Shown here in pieces: positions 11,804 through 25,089 of a stretch of DNA of 64,000 nucleotides. This DNA comes from Octopus vulgaris (Eukaryota). Made by a program: the position numbers and the translations under genes. The stretch lies in assembly GCA_951406725.2 (NCBI GenBank), contig OX597831.1, forward strand, positions 26,722,001 to 26,786,000, given 5' to 3'. Each line of letters opens with the position of its first letter. Position 1 is the stretch's first letter. The notes under the pieces are model-generated. The model saw only the letters and a program-made list of their open reading frames with translations, was not told the DNA's origin and did not search any database.

Positions 11804-11913
11804 ACCCTTCATCAGTTGTCGGCTGTCTATCTACTGCTCATTTCGAGCATTCAATGACAATATGAGTCTTCAAAAACAGTTGCTCCCTTAAATTCTAAAA
11901 TAAAATTTAGGAT
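11804..11913 (-). ncRNA. Candidate non-circularly permuted hammerhead ribozyme, inside a dispersed element at about 11680-11980
   Basis: Minus strand: GAGCA a CTGTTT ttgaaga CTCA TA TTGTC attgaa TGCTC GAAA TGAG cagtagat AGACAG cc GACAA CTGATGA. All core nucleotides are present in a rearranged order. Confidence 0.6.
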
Positions 11914-11979
11914 TTTTGAGAACAAAAAAAAAATGACAGTAGAGACATACAAGGAAACTGAACACATTCCCAAACGTAA

Positions 11980-12190
11980 CTACATGTGGATTGTGAGCGA
12001 TTTTTTCCTCCGTCTTCCTTTTCTCTTGGACTTCCCTCTGCCTCCTGTTTCTGAAGAAGAGCTATGCTCGAAACGTAAAACACCCGTTCTTTCCTTCCCT
12101 GAGCGTCTTATTAATACTTTGCATGTGCTTTTTATCGCACGCTCACACGGACCCCTCCCCCGTCCTTCCGACTGGCTTTGGAGCACCTAG
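11980..12190 (+). mobile_element. Family E hammerhead-bearing element; best-preserved motif at 12046-12082
   Basis: tgttt CTGAAGA a GAGC tat GCTC GAAA cg TA aaaca. Confidence 0.8.
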
Positions 12191-12435
12191 TACTACCATT
12201 TCGAGTGACTCCTTTGATTGATCAATGAAAACTTTACATCTGAAAGAACCCGTTCTCGTCAGATGACCGCATAGAATTCAAATATAAAGGATACCACCAC
12301 TGCTTTAACATATTCACTTCAATAATGGAACTCAAAATATTTACATTGTTTCTGTTGTTATATCTCTAACAGAAGTGACTCAATTTAAGTACCTAAGTCA
12401 ACAGAATCCTAATTATAATTGTATGTATGTTTATG

Positions 12436-12490
<55 letters not shown>

Positions 12491-12567
12491 TTATTTATTA
12501 ATTTATTTATAGATAGATAGAGAGATTAATACATATATATATATATGCATGTATGTAAGAGGAGGAG

Positions 12568-12900
12568 GAGACCCCCTTTGGTCATGAATGACCATGGGAT
12601 TGCACCTAGAAAGTTACCCTCCCAGGCACAAGTCAGGGCAAGATTGTGGAAGGCTAGCAGTCGCCCATGCATACCAGCCTCTCCTCTCCACACCACTGAT
12701 GTTATCCAAGGGAAAGCCAAAGGCCGATACAGCTTGGCACCTGTGACGTCGCAACTCATTTCTACAGCTGAGTTAACTGGAGCAAGGTGAAATAAAGTGT
12801 CTTGCTCAAGATCACAACTCACAGACCGGTCCGGGAATCGAACTCACAATCTCACGATCGTAAGCTATACGCTCTAACCAATAAACCATGCGCCTTCACA
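12568..12900 (-). mobile_element. Family C SINE
   Basis: Reverse complement of 8792-9125. Confidence 0.9.
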
Positions 12901-12919
12901 CATATGTATATGTATGTCT

Positions 12920-13113
12920 ATGATGGACCGTTAGCTCCTACACGCATTTTTTTTCTCTCCTCTTTCTTTTCTGTATATCTTTCTGTCGAAGAGCGTAGGC
13001 TAGAAACGTAAAAGACTTGTTCTATTTCTATTCCTGAGCGCCATACTAATACATTTGCTTGTTTGTACTCCACCTGCCTTCATCTTTTGTTTATTTTCGT
13101 AAACCTTCCCGTT
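12920..13113 (+). mobile_element. Family E element, subfamily with CTGTCGA core; motif at 12978-13015
   Basis: tcttt CTGTCGA a GAGC gtag GCTA GAAA cg TA aaaga; closely similar to 37412-37602. Confidence 0.75.
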
Positions 13114-13167
13114 ATATATATATATATATATATACATACATAAAATTATTAAATTGGTTAGTTGCAA

Positions 13168-13206
<39 letters not shown>

Positions 13207-13441
13207 ATATATATTCAGATATATACAAATACACAAGCATACATGTATATACATAAATATATGCATCGCTCAATCTCTATATTTATTTAATCATACATAC
13301 ATACATACATACATACATACATACATACATACATACATACATACATACATACATACATACATACATACATACATACATACATACATACATACATACATAC
13401 ATACATACATACATACATACATACATACATACATACATACA

Positions 13442-13476
<35 letters not shown>

Positions 13477-13766
13477 TGTCCTACTATATACACTGTAACA
13501 AAGACATTATGTGTATCACAAAACTGCAAACGGGACAAACCATTACTCTGAAGGCCTCCTTTATTGATCTTCATATTATTCCCTAGCAACACATATTATT
13601 CCTTAGCAACGAAACAACACAGCTTTGTCTTCCATTTCCTCATAGAATCAAATTTCTCCTATATTCTTCCTTACAATCCTCGAAGAAGCAATTGGGTCTT
13701 TTATGAATCGATAGACGCTATTTCCAGATTTCTGCTGCGACGATTTTTTAAAAATCCATCTTGGAG

Positions 13767-13874
<108 letters not shown>

Positions 13875-14154
13875 TGTATGTGTGCTGCAGTAATAGGACC
13901 TGAATACCTCTACACGTCATTGAACATCCTTTTTGAAGTCGTACTAACGCGCACGCGAAGACATACACGCACACACACACGCACTCAGATAAATACACTC
14001 ACACGTATAACTATATATATATAAATACACTCACACGTATAACTATATATATATATGGGTCTATATACGTTGTGTCCTTGAGCAAGACACTTTATTTCAC
14101 GTTGCTCCAGTTAACTCAGCTGTAGAAATGAGTTGCAACGTCACAGGTTCCAAG

Positions 14155-14253
<99 letters not shown>

Positions 14254-14977
14254 TACCAACGATAATGGCGATGATGATGATATTGATAATGATGTGTTCT
14301 ATTATTGGCCACTTGGAAACTTGTCATGGTATAGGCATACGATAAACAGTCGATAAACAGACCTGGGACTCTTGTCGAAGACACCTTTGTTGTCACCCAT
14401 TTAACCCGGAGCCATGTGGCTGGGAATTCTCTTTTTCTCGTCTATTATATTCTTGTCTGTTTATCGGCTGTTTATTGTGTACACCTACCACGGCAAGTTT
14501 TCCACCCATTTCTCTATGGAATATTTCGTCTTTAAAGCGATGTGCGCCTCTGTGTTTTTTTCAATTCTATTTTCATATATCGTTTGCTATATTTTCATTT
14601 CGTTTTTGGATTTGGTTTGCAAGATTCTTTATGTGAGTTTGTGAGTCAAGACTTACTGAAAAGGTTTGCAAGACACAACGAAAATTTTAGGGAAATAAAA
14701 ATAAGGAATAAGTGGAAATTTTACCGGTGAGTGTGTTACATTATGAGGTGCAAAAAGAAAATGAGTCTCCCCAGACACAACAGAATATGTTTTTATTGTT
14801 GTTGACTTTCTTTTGATCGAGGTTATCCGCCATATTTTTAGTTGTATGTTGTCTTTTGAAATTGTCCTCAAAGATTTGGGTCCTTGTGGCCAATAATAGA
14901 ACTCATCATCATTAACATCATCATCATCATTATCATCATCATCATAGTTGTTGTTGTTGTTGCTGTTGTCATTAATA

Positions 14978-15196
14978 AGGCGGCAAACTGGCAGAAACGT
15001 TAGCACACCGGGAAAGATGCTTAGCGGCATTTCGTCCGTCTTCACGTTCTGAGTTCAAATTCCGCCGAGGTTCACTTTGCTTTTCATCCTTTCGGGGTCG
15101 ATAAATTAAGTACCAGTTGAACACTGGGGTCGATGTAATCGACTATCCCCCCCCCTCCCAAAATTTCAGGCCTTGTGCCTATAGTGGAAAGGATTT
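14978..15196 (+). mobile_element. Family A SINE, second tail type
   Basis: aggcggcaaactggcagaaacgttagc..., tail ccccaaaatttcaggccttgtgcctatagtggaaagg. Similar copies at 10690-10850, 16825-17035, 35339-35578, 36945-37152, 44180-44395 (-) and 55684-55905. Confidence 0.85.
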
Positions 15197-15249
15197 TCTT
15201 TTTGTTGTTGTTTTACTTCTCAGAGCGCTCGGCCTTGTTTGCTCGGGTT

Positions 15250-16200
15250 GATTTTTGTGTGAGCGGGCAGTAACCCGTTGTCAGAGGTCTCACAATTATA
15301 AGCTTTGGTACTTGGTTGTTAATTATCGTGGAAGACATTCAACATCCAAGTACCAATCTCAAAATCCTAGCTGTCACCAGCCGAGAGTCTCTTGGGCTTG
15401 CTCTGCTCTCATGTCAATTCCGATTTCCCTGACATATTTCTCGAACTTGGTTAGCTGAGTTAAGTTAAGTTAATTTTTTGGCTCAAAAAGCAAAAAGCAA
15501 GGCCATGTAGGGGGACATGGAGTTATGTACAGAGGTGTTCATGCAAAGAATTCAGGCCATTTCTGGTCAAGAGAGACTTTGAACCGAGCGGTCGTCGGCA
15601 TCTTCACTATCTCGTCCGGCAGCTTATTCCACGGATCCGCAACCCGGACGGAGAAAGCCCCTCTCCTTCAATTGAGATGAAATCGTCGCAGATAGAGCTT
15701 TTCGGAGTGACCCCGAGTGCTCCGAATGCCCCTACAACTATTGGAATGGCAGACACTCTCTTCATAGTCCACATTCTTGAAATTTCATCGTTTAATAGTC
15801 TGTACTATCTTTTCTAGTTCTTTGTCACTAATGCGTGCATCCCCAGTTATTGCAATATCTATTGGTTTCCTTTTTCCTTTCATCTACCACAACAATGTCT
15901 GGTCTTCGAGCATCATTTAAGGAATGATATTAGATTGTAAAATCCCACAGTATCTTATATTCGTTGCTCTCGGCGACTCCTTCGGGTTCGTGTTCGTACC
16001 ATTTCCTTACTCTGTCCAGGCCGTACTTCTCACAAAGCTTCCAATGACGAAACTTACCCACGTTACCGCGTTTCCTTTTGTAGTGCTTTTGAGCCAGCTT
16101 CCTAAACTCGCTCATAATATATAAGATTGTTTCGCTTTTGCTGCCACACATCCTACAAAGGGGCAATTCGCTCCTCTTGTGTATTTGAAACTTAGTGTAA
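15250..16200 (-). pseudogene. Second R4/Dong-type RLE LINE 3' fragment, split by a CR1 insertion
   Basis: LCRMCGSKSETILYIMSE..HWKLCEKYG..WYEHEPEGV..KILWDFTI..RRPDIVVV; resumes after the insert with KFEKYVREIGIDM..TARILRLVL. Confidence 0.8.
15458..15715 (-). mobile_element. CR1/L2-group LINE 3' end with (TTAAC)n tail
   Basis: GHSEKLYLRRFHLN*RRGAFSVRVADPWNKLPDEIVKMPTTARFKVSLDQKW matches the typical CR1 ORF2 C-terminus. Confidence 0.85.
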
Positions 16201-16204
16201 ATAA

Positions 16205-16806
16205 TTCCCAGAGCTTGTTCCAGAGCGATAGGACGGATCCGGCTATCAGCTGAATCCATAGTGAAGATTGCCCCGCCGACCTCCTTTAACCGGGAGGGCA
16301 AGGCAGTTTTCCTTTGCCTAGTGGCTGTAGCGAAAGAGGTTGTATGGTGGACCCGTTTGAAAGGGCTAAGGTCAGACACTTTCCTCTTTGGCCCAGGCCT
16401 CATCAACCTTTTCAAGTTTCACTTGAAAAGGAAGGTGAGAGTAGAGAGGGAAGTGCTGTCCGATAGCAAGTTTTCTGAAAGGTGGATAAATGTCGCAAGA
16501 ATGGCCAGTATGAAAGGAGCCATTCTGAGGTTACACCTGTGATTTAAAAAGGTAACATAAAAGGAAAAAGGGGCTCTCTACCCACCTTTTGACCAGGCTC
16601 CCGTAGCTTTTATGGGTTTTTTCCACCAGGAACCTTTCGAAGCGCCTCCCCCTATTGGGAGTTTTTCGTTGTTAAAATTTTTGATTGTTACACTGTTTTT
16701 ACTCGTTTTTTTCACAAACGGACAAAACCCTTTGTAACCTTCCGTCCTGTTTTGTCCCTTTATGTAATGATTGATTTTTGTCATCCCTTGTGGCCAATAA
16801 AAGAAT
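16205..16806 (+). pseudogene. L1/Tx1-like LINE 3' end (ORF2 C-terminus plus 3' UTR)
   Basis: FLCLVAVAKEVVWWTR..FKFHLKRKVRVEREVL..FSERW; T-rich UTR ending ccttgtggccaataaaagaa. Confidence 0.65.
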
Positions 16807-17413
16807 TAATTATTATTATTATTAAGGCGACGAGCTAGCAAAATGGTTAGCATGTCGGGAAAAACGCTTTGTGGCATTTCGTCCATCTTTACATCATAAG
16901 TTCAAATGCTGTTGGGATCGACTTTTGACTTTCATCCTTCCGGAATCGATAAAATAAATAACGCTGGAGTCAATGTAATCTACTTACCTACCCACTCTCC
17001 TGAAATTGCTGGCCTTGTGCCAAAATTTGAAATTATTGTTGTTGTTGTTGTTGTTGTGATGATTGCGGTGGTGGTGACGGTGGCGGTGATATCAGTAATA
17101 ACTAATAGCTTTCCATTTCCTGTTACCTTACTCCCAACCTCCGTACATCATTTTGAATGATGTCATGTGGTATTTCCTGAATTAATCATTAGTTTTCTTT
17201 GTAGGATCGCTGTTGTTGTTGTTGTTGTTGTTGTTGTTGCTGTTGTTGTTGCTAGTGTTGGTGTGTTTTGTTTGTTTCTCCCTTTTCGTTTCATCAGTAT
17301 AAATTGCTTGTCGGTATGTTTGCTTCCTTTAAAACGAGATATCTATTTATCTGTCTGTTACCTGCCCGCCTATTTGTCTATCTTGCTAGCTAGCTATCTA
17401 TGTATCTATCTGT

Positions 17414-17547
<134 letters not shown>

Positions 17548-17564
17548 ATGTATATGTATATATA

Positions 17565-17617
<53 letters not shown>

Positions 17618-17685
17618 GTCTATACATACATGCATAAATATATATTTACATTTATACACATGCATACATGTATGCATGTATGTAC

Positions 17686-17767
<82 letters not shown>

Positions 17768-17886
17768 CCCCTCTCTCTCTGTCTTTACGTGGAAATGTAA
17801 GGGTAAAATATGAAAAACCAACGAAAATGCATATTACAAATAGAAAAAGGCTCTTTATGACAGGTAGTGACAAATATATACATATA

Positions 17887-17940
<54 letters not shown>

Positions 17941-17943
<3 letters not shown>

Positions 17944-18059
17944 GAGGGGTGTATGAAAAGTTTTGAGCCTTGAAGTCTTGTACCATGTTTTGTTTTTTTA
18001 TTTTGAGGCTCAAGACTTTTCATGCACACATATACTCACACAGTACGACACACACACGA

Positions 18060-18111
<52 letters not shown>

Positions 18112-18480
18112 ACACCTGCATATCTGCTTCACATTAGATACTACTACGTTGATACAAATCACTTGACCATATGAAGTGTTTCACGTTGTATATTTTCTGA
18201 CAACATTCATTCATTCTAACCAACAATTCTCAATTCCCATTTCCGCTTGACATTCTTACACCCACGTCCTTTGAAGATGTCTGCCTTAAAAGTATTGCCT
18301 CTACAACTTTCATTTTTTTTTGAGTTCCAAAATACCAATCTATTTAGTGAGGCATCAATCATTACTTCCTCTCTCAGAGAAATTGTTTCGCAGAAATCTT
18401 GCAAGAAGCTATCGTCCGTCCACCGTATTCATTTAAATCACTGGCTGACATCAAGTCGCCATTTTAGCTTTCTAAATATA
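17941..18480 (+). mobile_element. Highly decayed mariner relic
   Basis: TA-preceded TIR-like cgaggggtgtatgaaaagttttgagcct at 17941; RPPYS-like codons near 18415-18435. Confidence 0.4.
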
Positions 18481-19098
18481 TGATTTGTGACTTTTTTCTT
18501 TTTTTTATTTCCTAGTTTCGCTATTCTATCTCAAAACCGAGAATTTGAAAAGATAGGTATATACACCCACAAATATATAATATGAACATATGTATAATAT
18601 GAATTTCTACACAAATACATGTGTGTGTGTGTATACATATATAACTCTCTTACGGGCATGGCTTTAAACTGTATCCGGTAACGTGGCCCTATTTCGGAAG
18701 TTCTAGGATTCTGAGGAGAGTAAAACCATCTCTTAGATACCATTGATTCCAGGTCTGCCCTGATTCCGAGTAAAAGCACCTATCAGTGCCCTCTCTATTG
18801 GTTATTTAGTATGTTATAGAAGAAACTCAATAATAATAATAAGCACAAACCCTCACTGCTTTTTGAATGCCTTTGGGAAAAGAAAAGGGTAAGGAGAGTT
18901 AATGTCGACAATAATTGAGGGAGTGAAGTACTCAGGCAGTCAAGTACCCTCTTTGGCACCCTTCTGACAACACCAGGGTGGGTGGAATTTTACAGCCCCG
19001 TAAAGCATTTGACTTAGAAGAAGGCTGCTCCGCCGCAAAACCTACAGCTTGATGGTCACTGTCCGAGGCCACGGATGCGAAGAAATTGCTATCGTTTT

Positions 19099-19135
<37 letters not shown>

Positions 19136-19696
19136 CGACGATGACAATGATGATGATAATGACGGTGATGATGATAACAATAATGACGATGACGACGACG
19201 ACGGTGATGATGATGTAGACAGTGTTTGTAATGTTAGTATTGACGATGATGATTACGATCATGATGATGACGACGTCGACGATGATAATGGTGATGACAA
19301 CGTTGGTGATGATGATGACGACGACGATGACGATGATGATGATGATGGGAACATCAACAAACGGGGATGACAATCACAACTGTACGACCTTCCTTGTTTT
19401 ATTAAATCAATGCGGAAACCTCAACGTGGTCGCTCGAACCTGCTTGAAACAATATCCAAATACGCCTGAAATCACGATATTGTCTTATGAAAAGAATACA
19501 TTGGATAATATTATCTCAGGTTGTTCACGGATAGAACGCCATCAATCTAAGGTTTAGTTGATCACGTGTTTGTGGTCTCTGCCAATACTAGAGCTGTTGT
19601 GTGTCATGCCTATTTTCCAGGTGTGGATGAGCAAGGACTTGCCTTAAACATTGTTTGGCGTGATTTTTTTCTTGGGGACAGTACAGTAGTGGTTTC

Positions 19697-19925
19697 TTAT
19701 TTCTTTATTACCCACAAGGGGCTAAACATAGATGGGACAAACAAGGACAGACAAAGGGATTAAGTCGATTACATCGACCCCAGTGCGTAACTGGTACTTA
19801 ATTTATCGACCCCGAAAGGATGAAAGGCAAAGTCGACCTCAGCGGAATTTGAACTCAGAGCGTAAAGACAGACGAAGTACCATTAAGCATTTCGTCCGGC
19901 GCGCTAACGTTTCTGCCAGCTCCCC
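19697..19925 (-). mobile_element. Family A SINE
   Basis: Reverse complement of the 87-311 family. Confidence 0.9.
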
Positions 19926-20413
19926 TGCTTGTCACCTACCTGCTCTCCTAAATTATGGTACAGAACCTGCTTAATCCTTAACAGGCGTATCGGTTCACGT
20001 GATATCAGGAATTGCCATACATAGTGGGTCTGTGTAACACATGTCTAAGGGTCGGCCCTCATCAGTGTCTTGGATGCCTTAATTACGGGCCCATCTTCTG
20101 CTGCTGCTGGACCTTTAACTAGGTGCTCTGACGGGTACTACCACCCTTGGATCAGAGCGGACCTGGAAGTAGTATAATGTAAAGAAGTTTTCAAAAGGAA
20201 AAAAACAATAATTTAAAAATTACATTATTAACCTTAAATTTAGTATTAATTAAAAGAAAACAGAAGTGTATTGAAAGTGTAATTGCTTTCATTGTTAAAT
20301 TCATGTGATATGACTTCATTATCGTCTCCGCGTGACATAATTTCAATATTTTAATTGACAAAAGTTGAGTAAATAAACAATTCTAAAAAATTGTTTTGTT
20401 TAGAATATACTTT

Positions 20414-20580
20414 AGGCGCAGGAGTTGCTGTGTGATAAGTAGCTTGCTTACCAACCACATGGTTCTGAGTTCATTCCCACTGCGTAGCACCTTGGGCAAG
20501 TGTCTTCTACTATAGCCTTGGGCCGACCAGAGCCTTGTGAGTGGATTTGGTAGACGGAAACTGAAAGAAGCTCGTCGTAG
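20414..20580 (+). mobile_element. Family B SINE, 5' half
   Basis: aggcgcaggagttgctgtgtgataag..caccttgggcaagtgtc..ggaaactgaaagaag. Confidence 0.85.
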
Positions 20581-20654
<74 letters not shown>

Positions 20655-20656
<2 letters not shown>

Positions 20657-20843
20657 CCTCGTGTGTACCGCTGACGATTTTTTCCTCTGTCTTCCCTTCT
20701 CTGGATCTTTCCTTCTCCTATGTTTCCGACGAAGAGCTCCGCTCGAAACGTTGAACCCTCCTTCTTTCCTGAGCGTCCAATAATACTATATTTGTTCCAC
20801 GTCCTCGCGTTGTTGTGTTTTTTTTGTGTTTTCTTGTTTGGAT

Positions 20844-20850
<7 letters not shown>
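20655..20850 (+). mobile_element. Family E element in (TA)n; motif at 20722-20756
   Basis: gttt CCGACGA a GAGC tcc GCTC GAAA cg TT gaac; (TA)n on both sides. Confidence 0.8.
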
Positions 20851-20898
<48 letters not shown>

Positions 20899-21299
20899 TT
20901 GTTTATCCAAGGGGAGGCAATAGGAGCAACAACCACAGGAATACCACAAAATTCAAAGATAGACCAAACACATGCAAATCTTATATACTAGTTTATATCT
21001 ATACAGTCCGACACATTAGAAATTTAAAATTCAGTAATATATAAGTATCATATACAAATAAGAATATAAATACAAATATAAATATAAAAAATATAAATAT
21101 AAAAATAAATATAAATATAAATTTTGCATATAACACGCTTAAAACTGTTAGAATAAGAGGAATAAATATAGTGATAATAAAATAAAAATATAGCATATCA
21201 AGACACGAGTAAAATTCCGGCGAATAGTACATAAAATATACATACAAGCTTACAAAAATATAAGATATACATATCTTATATTTTTGTAAGCTTATATTT

Positions 21300-22545
21300 T
21301 CTAAGCACTGTTGGAAAGGCCTCTGCTTGCATTATCCTGTCCAGGCTGCAACTGCTTGCTTCTCGAATTTATCCAGAATCGCAGTGTGGCTTTAGAAGAA
21401 ACATATCAACTATTGACATGATATTCTCCATACGCCAACTTCAGGAGAAGTCCAGAGAGCAAAAAATGCCATTATATATGGCCTTCATTGATCTGACAAA
21501 GGCCTTTGACTTGGTAAGTAGAAAAGGCCTCTTCATCCTGCTCCAAAAAATCGGATGTCCACCAAAGCTGCTGATGATCATTACATCTTTAAATGATGAT
21601 ATGCAAGGCACCATACAGCACAATGGTTCAACATCAGGCGCCTTCCAAATAAAAAATGGGGTAAAGCAAGGTTGTGTCCTTGCTCCTACATTATTTGGCA
21701 TCTTCTTCTCGCTGCTGCTGTCACATGCCTTTGTGACATCAGATGATGGAGTGTTTCTGCACAGAAGAATTGATGGGAAACTGTTCAATCTCTCGCGTCT
21801 GCGTGCCAAGACCAAAATCAGAAGCGTCCTGATCAAGGAGATGCTATTTGCTGATGATGCCGCTCTGGTATCACACACAGAAGAAGCCCTACAAAGGCTC
21901 ATTAACTGTTTTGAGCAAGCATGTGGCAACTTTGGCTTAGTTATCAGCCTCAAGAAGACCAACATCATGGGTCAGGCTACATCGACCATCCCAGAATCAT
22001 GTCCCCAACAAAGATGTCCTCAAGCAAGCAGGAATACCAAGCATGTTTACACTCCTCACACAAAGACGTATGAGATGGCTTCGACATGTTAGCCGTATGG
22101 AAGATGGCAGAATCCCCAAAGACATACTCAACGGAGAGCTTGCTAGGGGCACTAGGTCTGTGGGAAAACCGTTCTTACGATACAAGGATGTTTGCAAAAG
22201 GGACATGAATGCCTGCAACATGAATATTACCAACTGGGAAGCAGTTGCCAGCAACCGTGGAGATTGGCAACGTACCGTAAAAGAGGGAACACAAAGGAGT
22301 GACATAGAGGGAGAGAGGAGAAATGGTAAGACAAGAAAAGACGTCAACAAGAAAGTATGACATTACAACCAGCCAGGCAAAGTCTTCGCTTCATTTGCGG
22401 CACCTGCCAGAGGGAGTGTTTGTCCAGGATAGGACTACACAGCCACAGCAGGAGATGTATTAGGACATGAAATGTAAAAGCCGGACTAGATTATTTTATC
22501 CGCAACTCCATTGTCTCCCGAGACAAAAAGGATGCCAACAACAAT
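21300..22545 (+). pseudogene. RTE-clade LINE, 5'-truncated: reverse transcriptase, internal deletion near 21995, C-terminal Cys/His motif and 3' UTR
   Basis: PESQCGFR..TIDMIFSIRQLQEK..AFIDLTKAFD..GVKQGCVLAPTLF..LFADDAAL; RMRWLRHVSRMEDGRIPK; FICGTC..RIGLHSHSRRC; tail ggatgccaacaac. Confidence 0.92.
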
Positions 22546-22816
22546 ATATATGGATTTCGTAGACAGGAACTGAAACAAATCAATCGTATATATATGTAAG
22601 TGTACGTGTGTGTGTCTTTGTGTCTGTGTTTCGCCCTCATCACTGCTTCACAACTGCAGTTCATCTATTTACATCCACAAAACTTACTGGTTTCACAAGA
22701 ACAAACTAATAGAATAAGTACTAGGCTTATCAACATAAAAAAGCACTAGGCTGTGTCTCATAATTTTGTTTGCCCACTCAGTTGTATCTATCAATTTATC
22801 TTTGTGTGTGTGTGTG

Positions 22817-23089
<273 letters not shown>

Positions 23090-23106
<17 letters not shown>

Positions 23107-24156
23107 CACCCTAATGGGAGCCTTAACTCCCAAATTTTAGTCATTTCTTTTATGATCCAAAGCTAGGTCAAATGTACTGAATGGACCTTTATGAAATTTG
23201 GAAATTATATTCCAAGCATAAGGGCCATAACCCCCATGACAATTCATATATTTTTGCTGTTGATGAAATTTTAACCATAGATATTAGACACAAATGAAGT
23301 AATATTTATAAAATTTCATCTTCTTACAAAGTTAGAAAGACCCCTCCATGGGGACTTACCACCCACAATTTTGTCATTTTATCTAAGCAAAAACGAATAC
23401 AGTTGTGCTCTTGGAAGCTGTAGGGTTACCCGAGCATAAAAGTTGAGCATTATTTCTAATTTAATGGTACAACAGTGTAACAGTTTGCTTTGACATACAC
23501 TTACATTGTGATTTCTGCAATGTGGTGCATAAATTAAGTAAATGAGAGGCATCTTTGTCTCCACTGATTCAGTTGCAAAGTGTTGAGTAAAGTTATTTGA
23601 TTGCAGACCTCTTTTCAGTCTTTTTTATTATCACTCGGTCACACATAGTCCCCAGATGGTAACATTGATTACAAGGCCTTCCCAGATGAGTGACTGGTTA
23701 TTTTCAAAGACATTTATAGATTTTAAGTTCATTCTGTCCAGTTACGTATCAGTATAGTGGTCATTTGCAAACTCCAGATGTGACACTTTAATTTCTCCTA
23801 AGCCCTCACGTCACACAGTTGTTAATGTTGATTTCAGTTGGGTCACGCCCTTCCAATTGCTATAGATTCGTAATGCATCTTACGGCTGTGCCTGTCACCT
23901 GGATGGTGAGGAATCCTTCATTGGGAGTGGTAACGACTAGGGTAGGGTAACTGACTGCTTATTGTGATCATTCGTCTTTTGGTTTCCATGTGGCACGATT
24001 ACAATTTTTTTAGGGTGTGTAAAGAGGGAAATAACCCTCATCTGCAATTTTGATGAAATTCGAAACATAGATATTCCAGTTCATTCAGAAAATAGAACAG
24101 AAAAGTCTAATTCTTCAATTGAATGTAACCGGGCAAACGCCGGGTATCTCTGCTAG
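23090..24156 (+). mobile_element. Non-autonomous Helitron
   Basis: 3' end accgggcaaacgccgggtatctctgCTAGt is a GC-rich hairpin followed by CTAG then T. The 5' end is uncertain within the TA run. Confidence 0.6.
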
Positions 24157-24442
24157 TTACTTATAATTTACACCCTTTCCACTTATGAAATCAGCGTATG
24201 ACTTCTACGGTGATCTTATAATCTGAAGAGGGTAGTTGAGTTCGATACAAGGCGCCGGTGAGAGTTAATGGCGAGCGTTAATGTAAACGCGAAATTACTG
24301 GTGATCTGGCTATGCCCGGTACTTAGGGAACTCGCTTCCTTTGTCAGTAATTAAGACGGTGCGTAAATATGGCTATGAGATGTTTTGACTCTTATTTCTA
24401 GCAATACTGGTGCTGAATAGCGCCCTCGGCCGCTTTAGTGAA

Positions 24443-24635
<193 letters not shown>

Positions 24636-24828
24636 TGTTTGTTATTTTATAATAATTACTGGTATCCTTATGTATTACTATATTTTATATCCTATATGTA
24701 AAGCATATGTTATATGTATGTATATTATTGTAATAATCAGTTTAGTAAATAAATAAATAAATAAGTTAACATAATATAATGTCTAAAAGTTGATGAACCA
24801 CCTATTGTTCTCCTCCATTTTCTTATTG

Positions 24829-24878
<50 letters not shown>

Positions 24879-25089
24879 TTACACAAACACATATAGATAA
24901 ATAGAACAATACATACACATACGTATGGATATTTAAACAGCCGTATATATACATGTATGTGACTGCGTGCGTTTGTATGCAGGCGTGTTTGAGTGGGGCA
25001 TGTTTGGGCGGGACGAGGGCTGCGTGTGTGCGTGCGCGTGCGTGTTTCTAGTTACCAAATGTAAACCGTCTTTTACTGGTATTGTAGTG

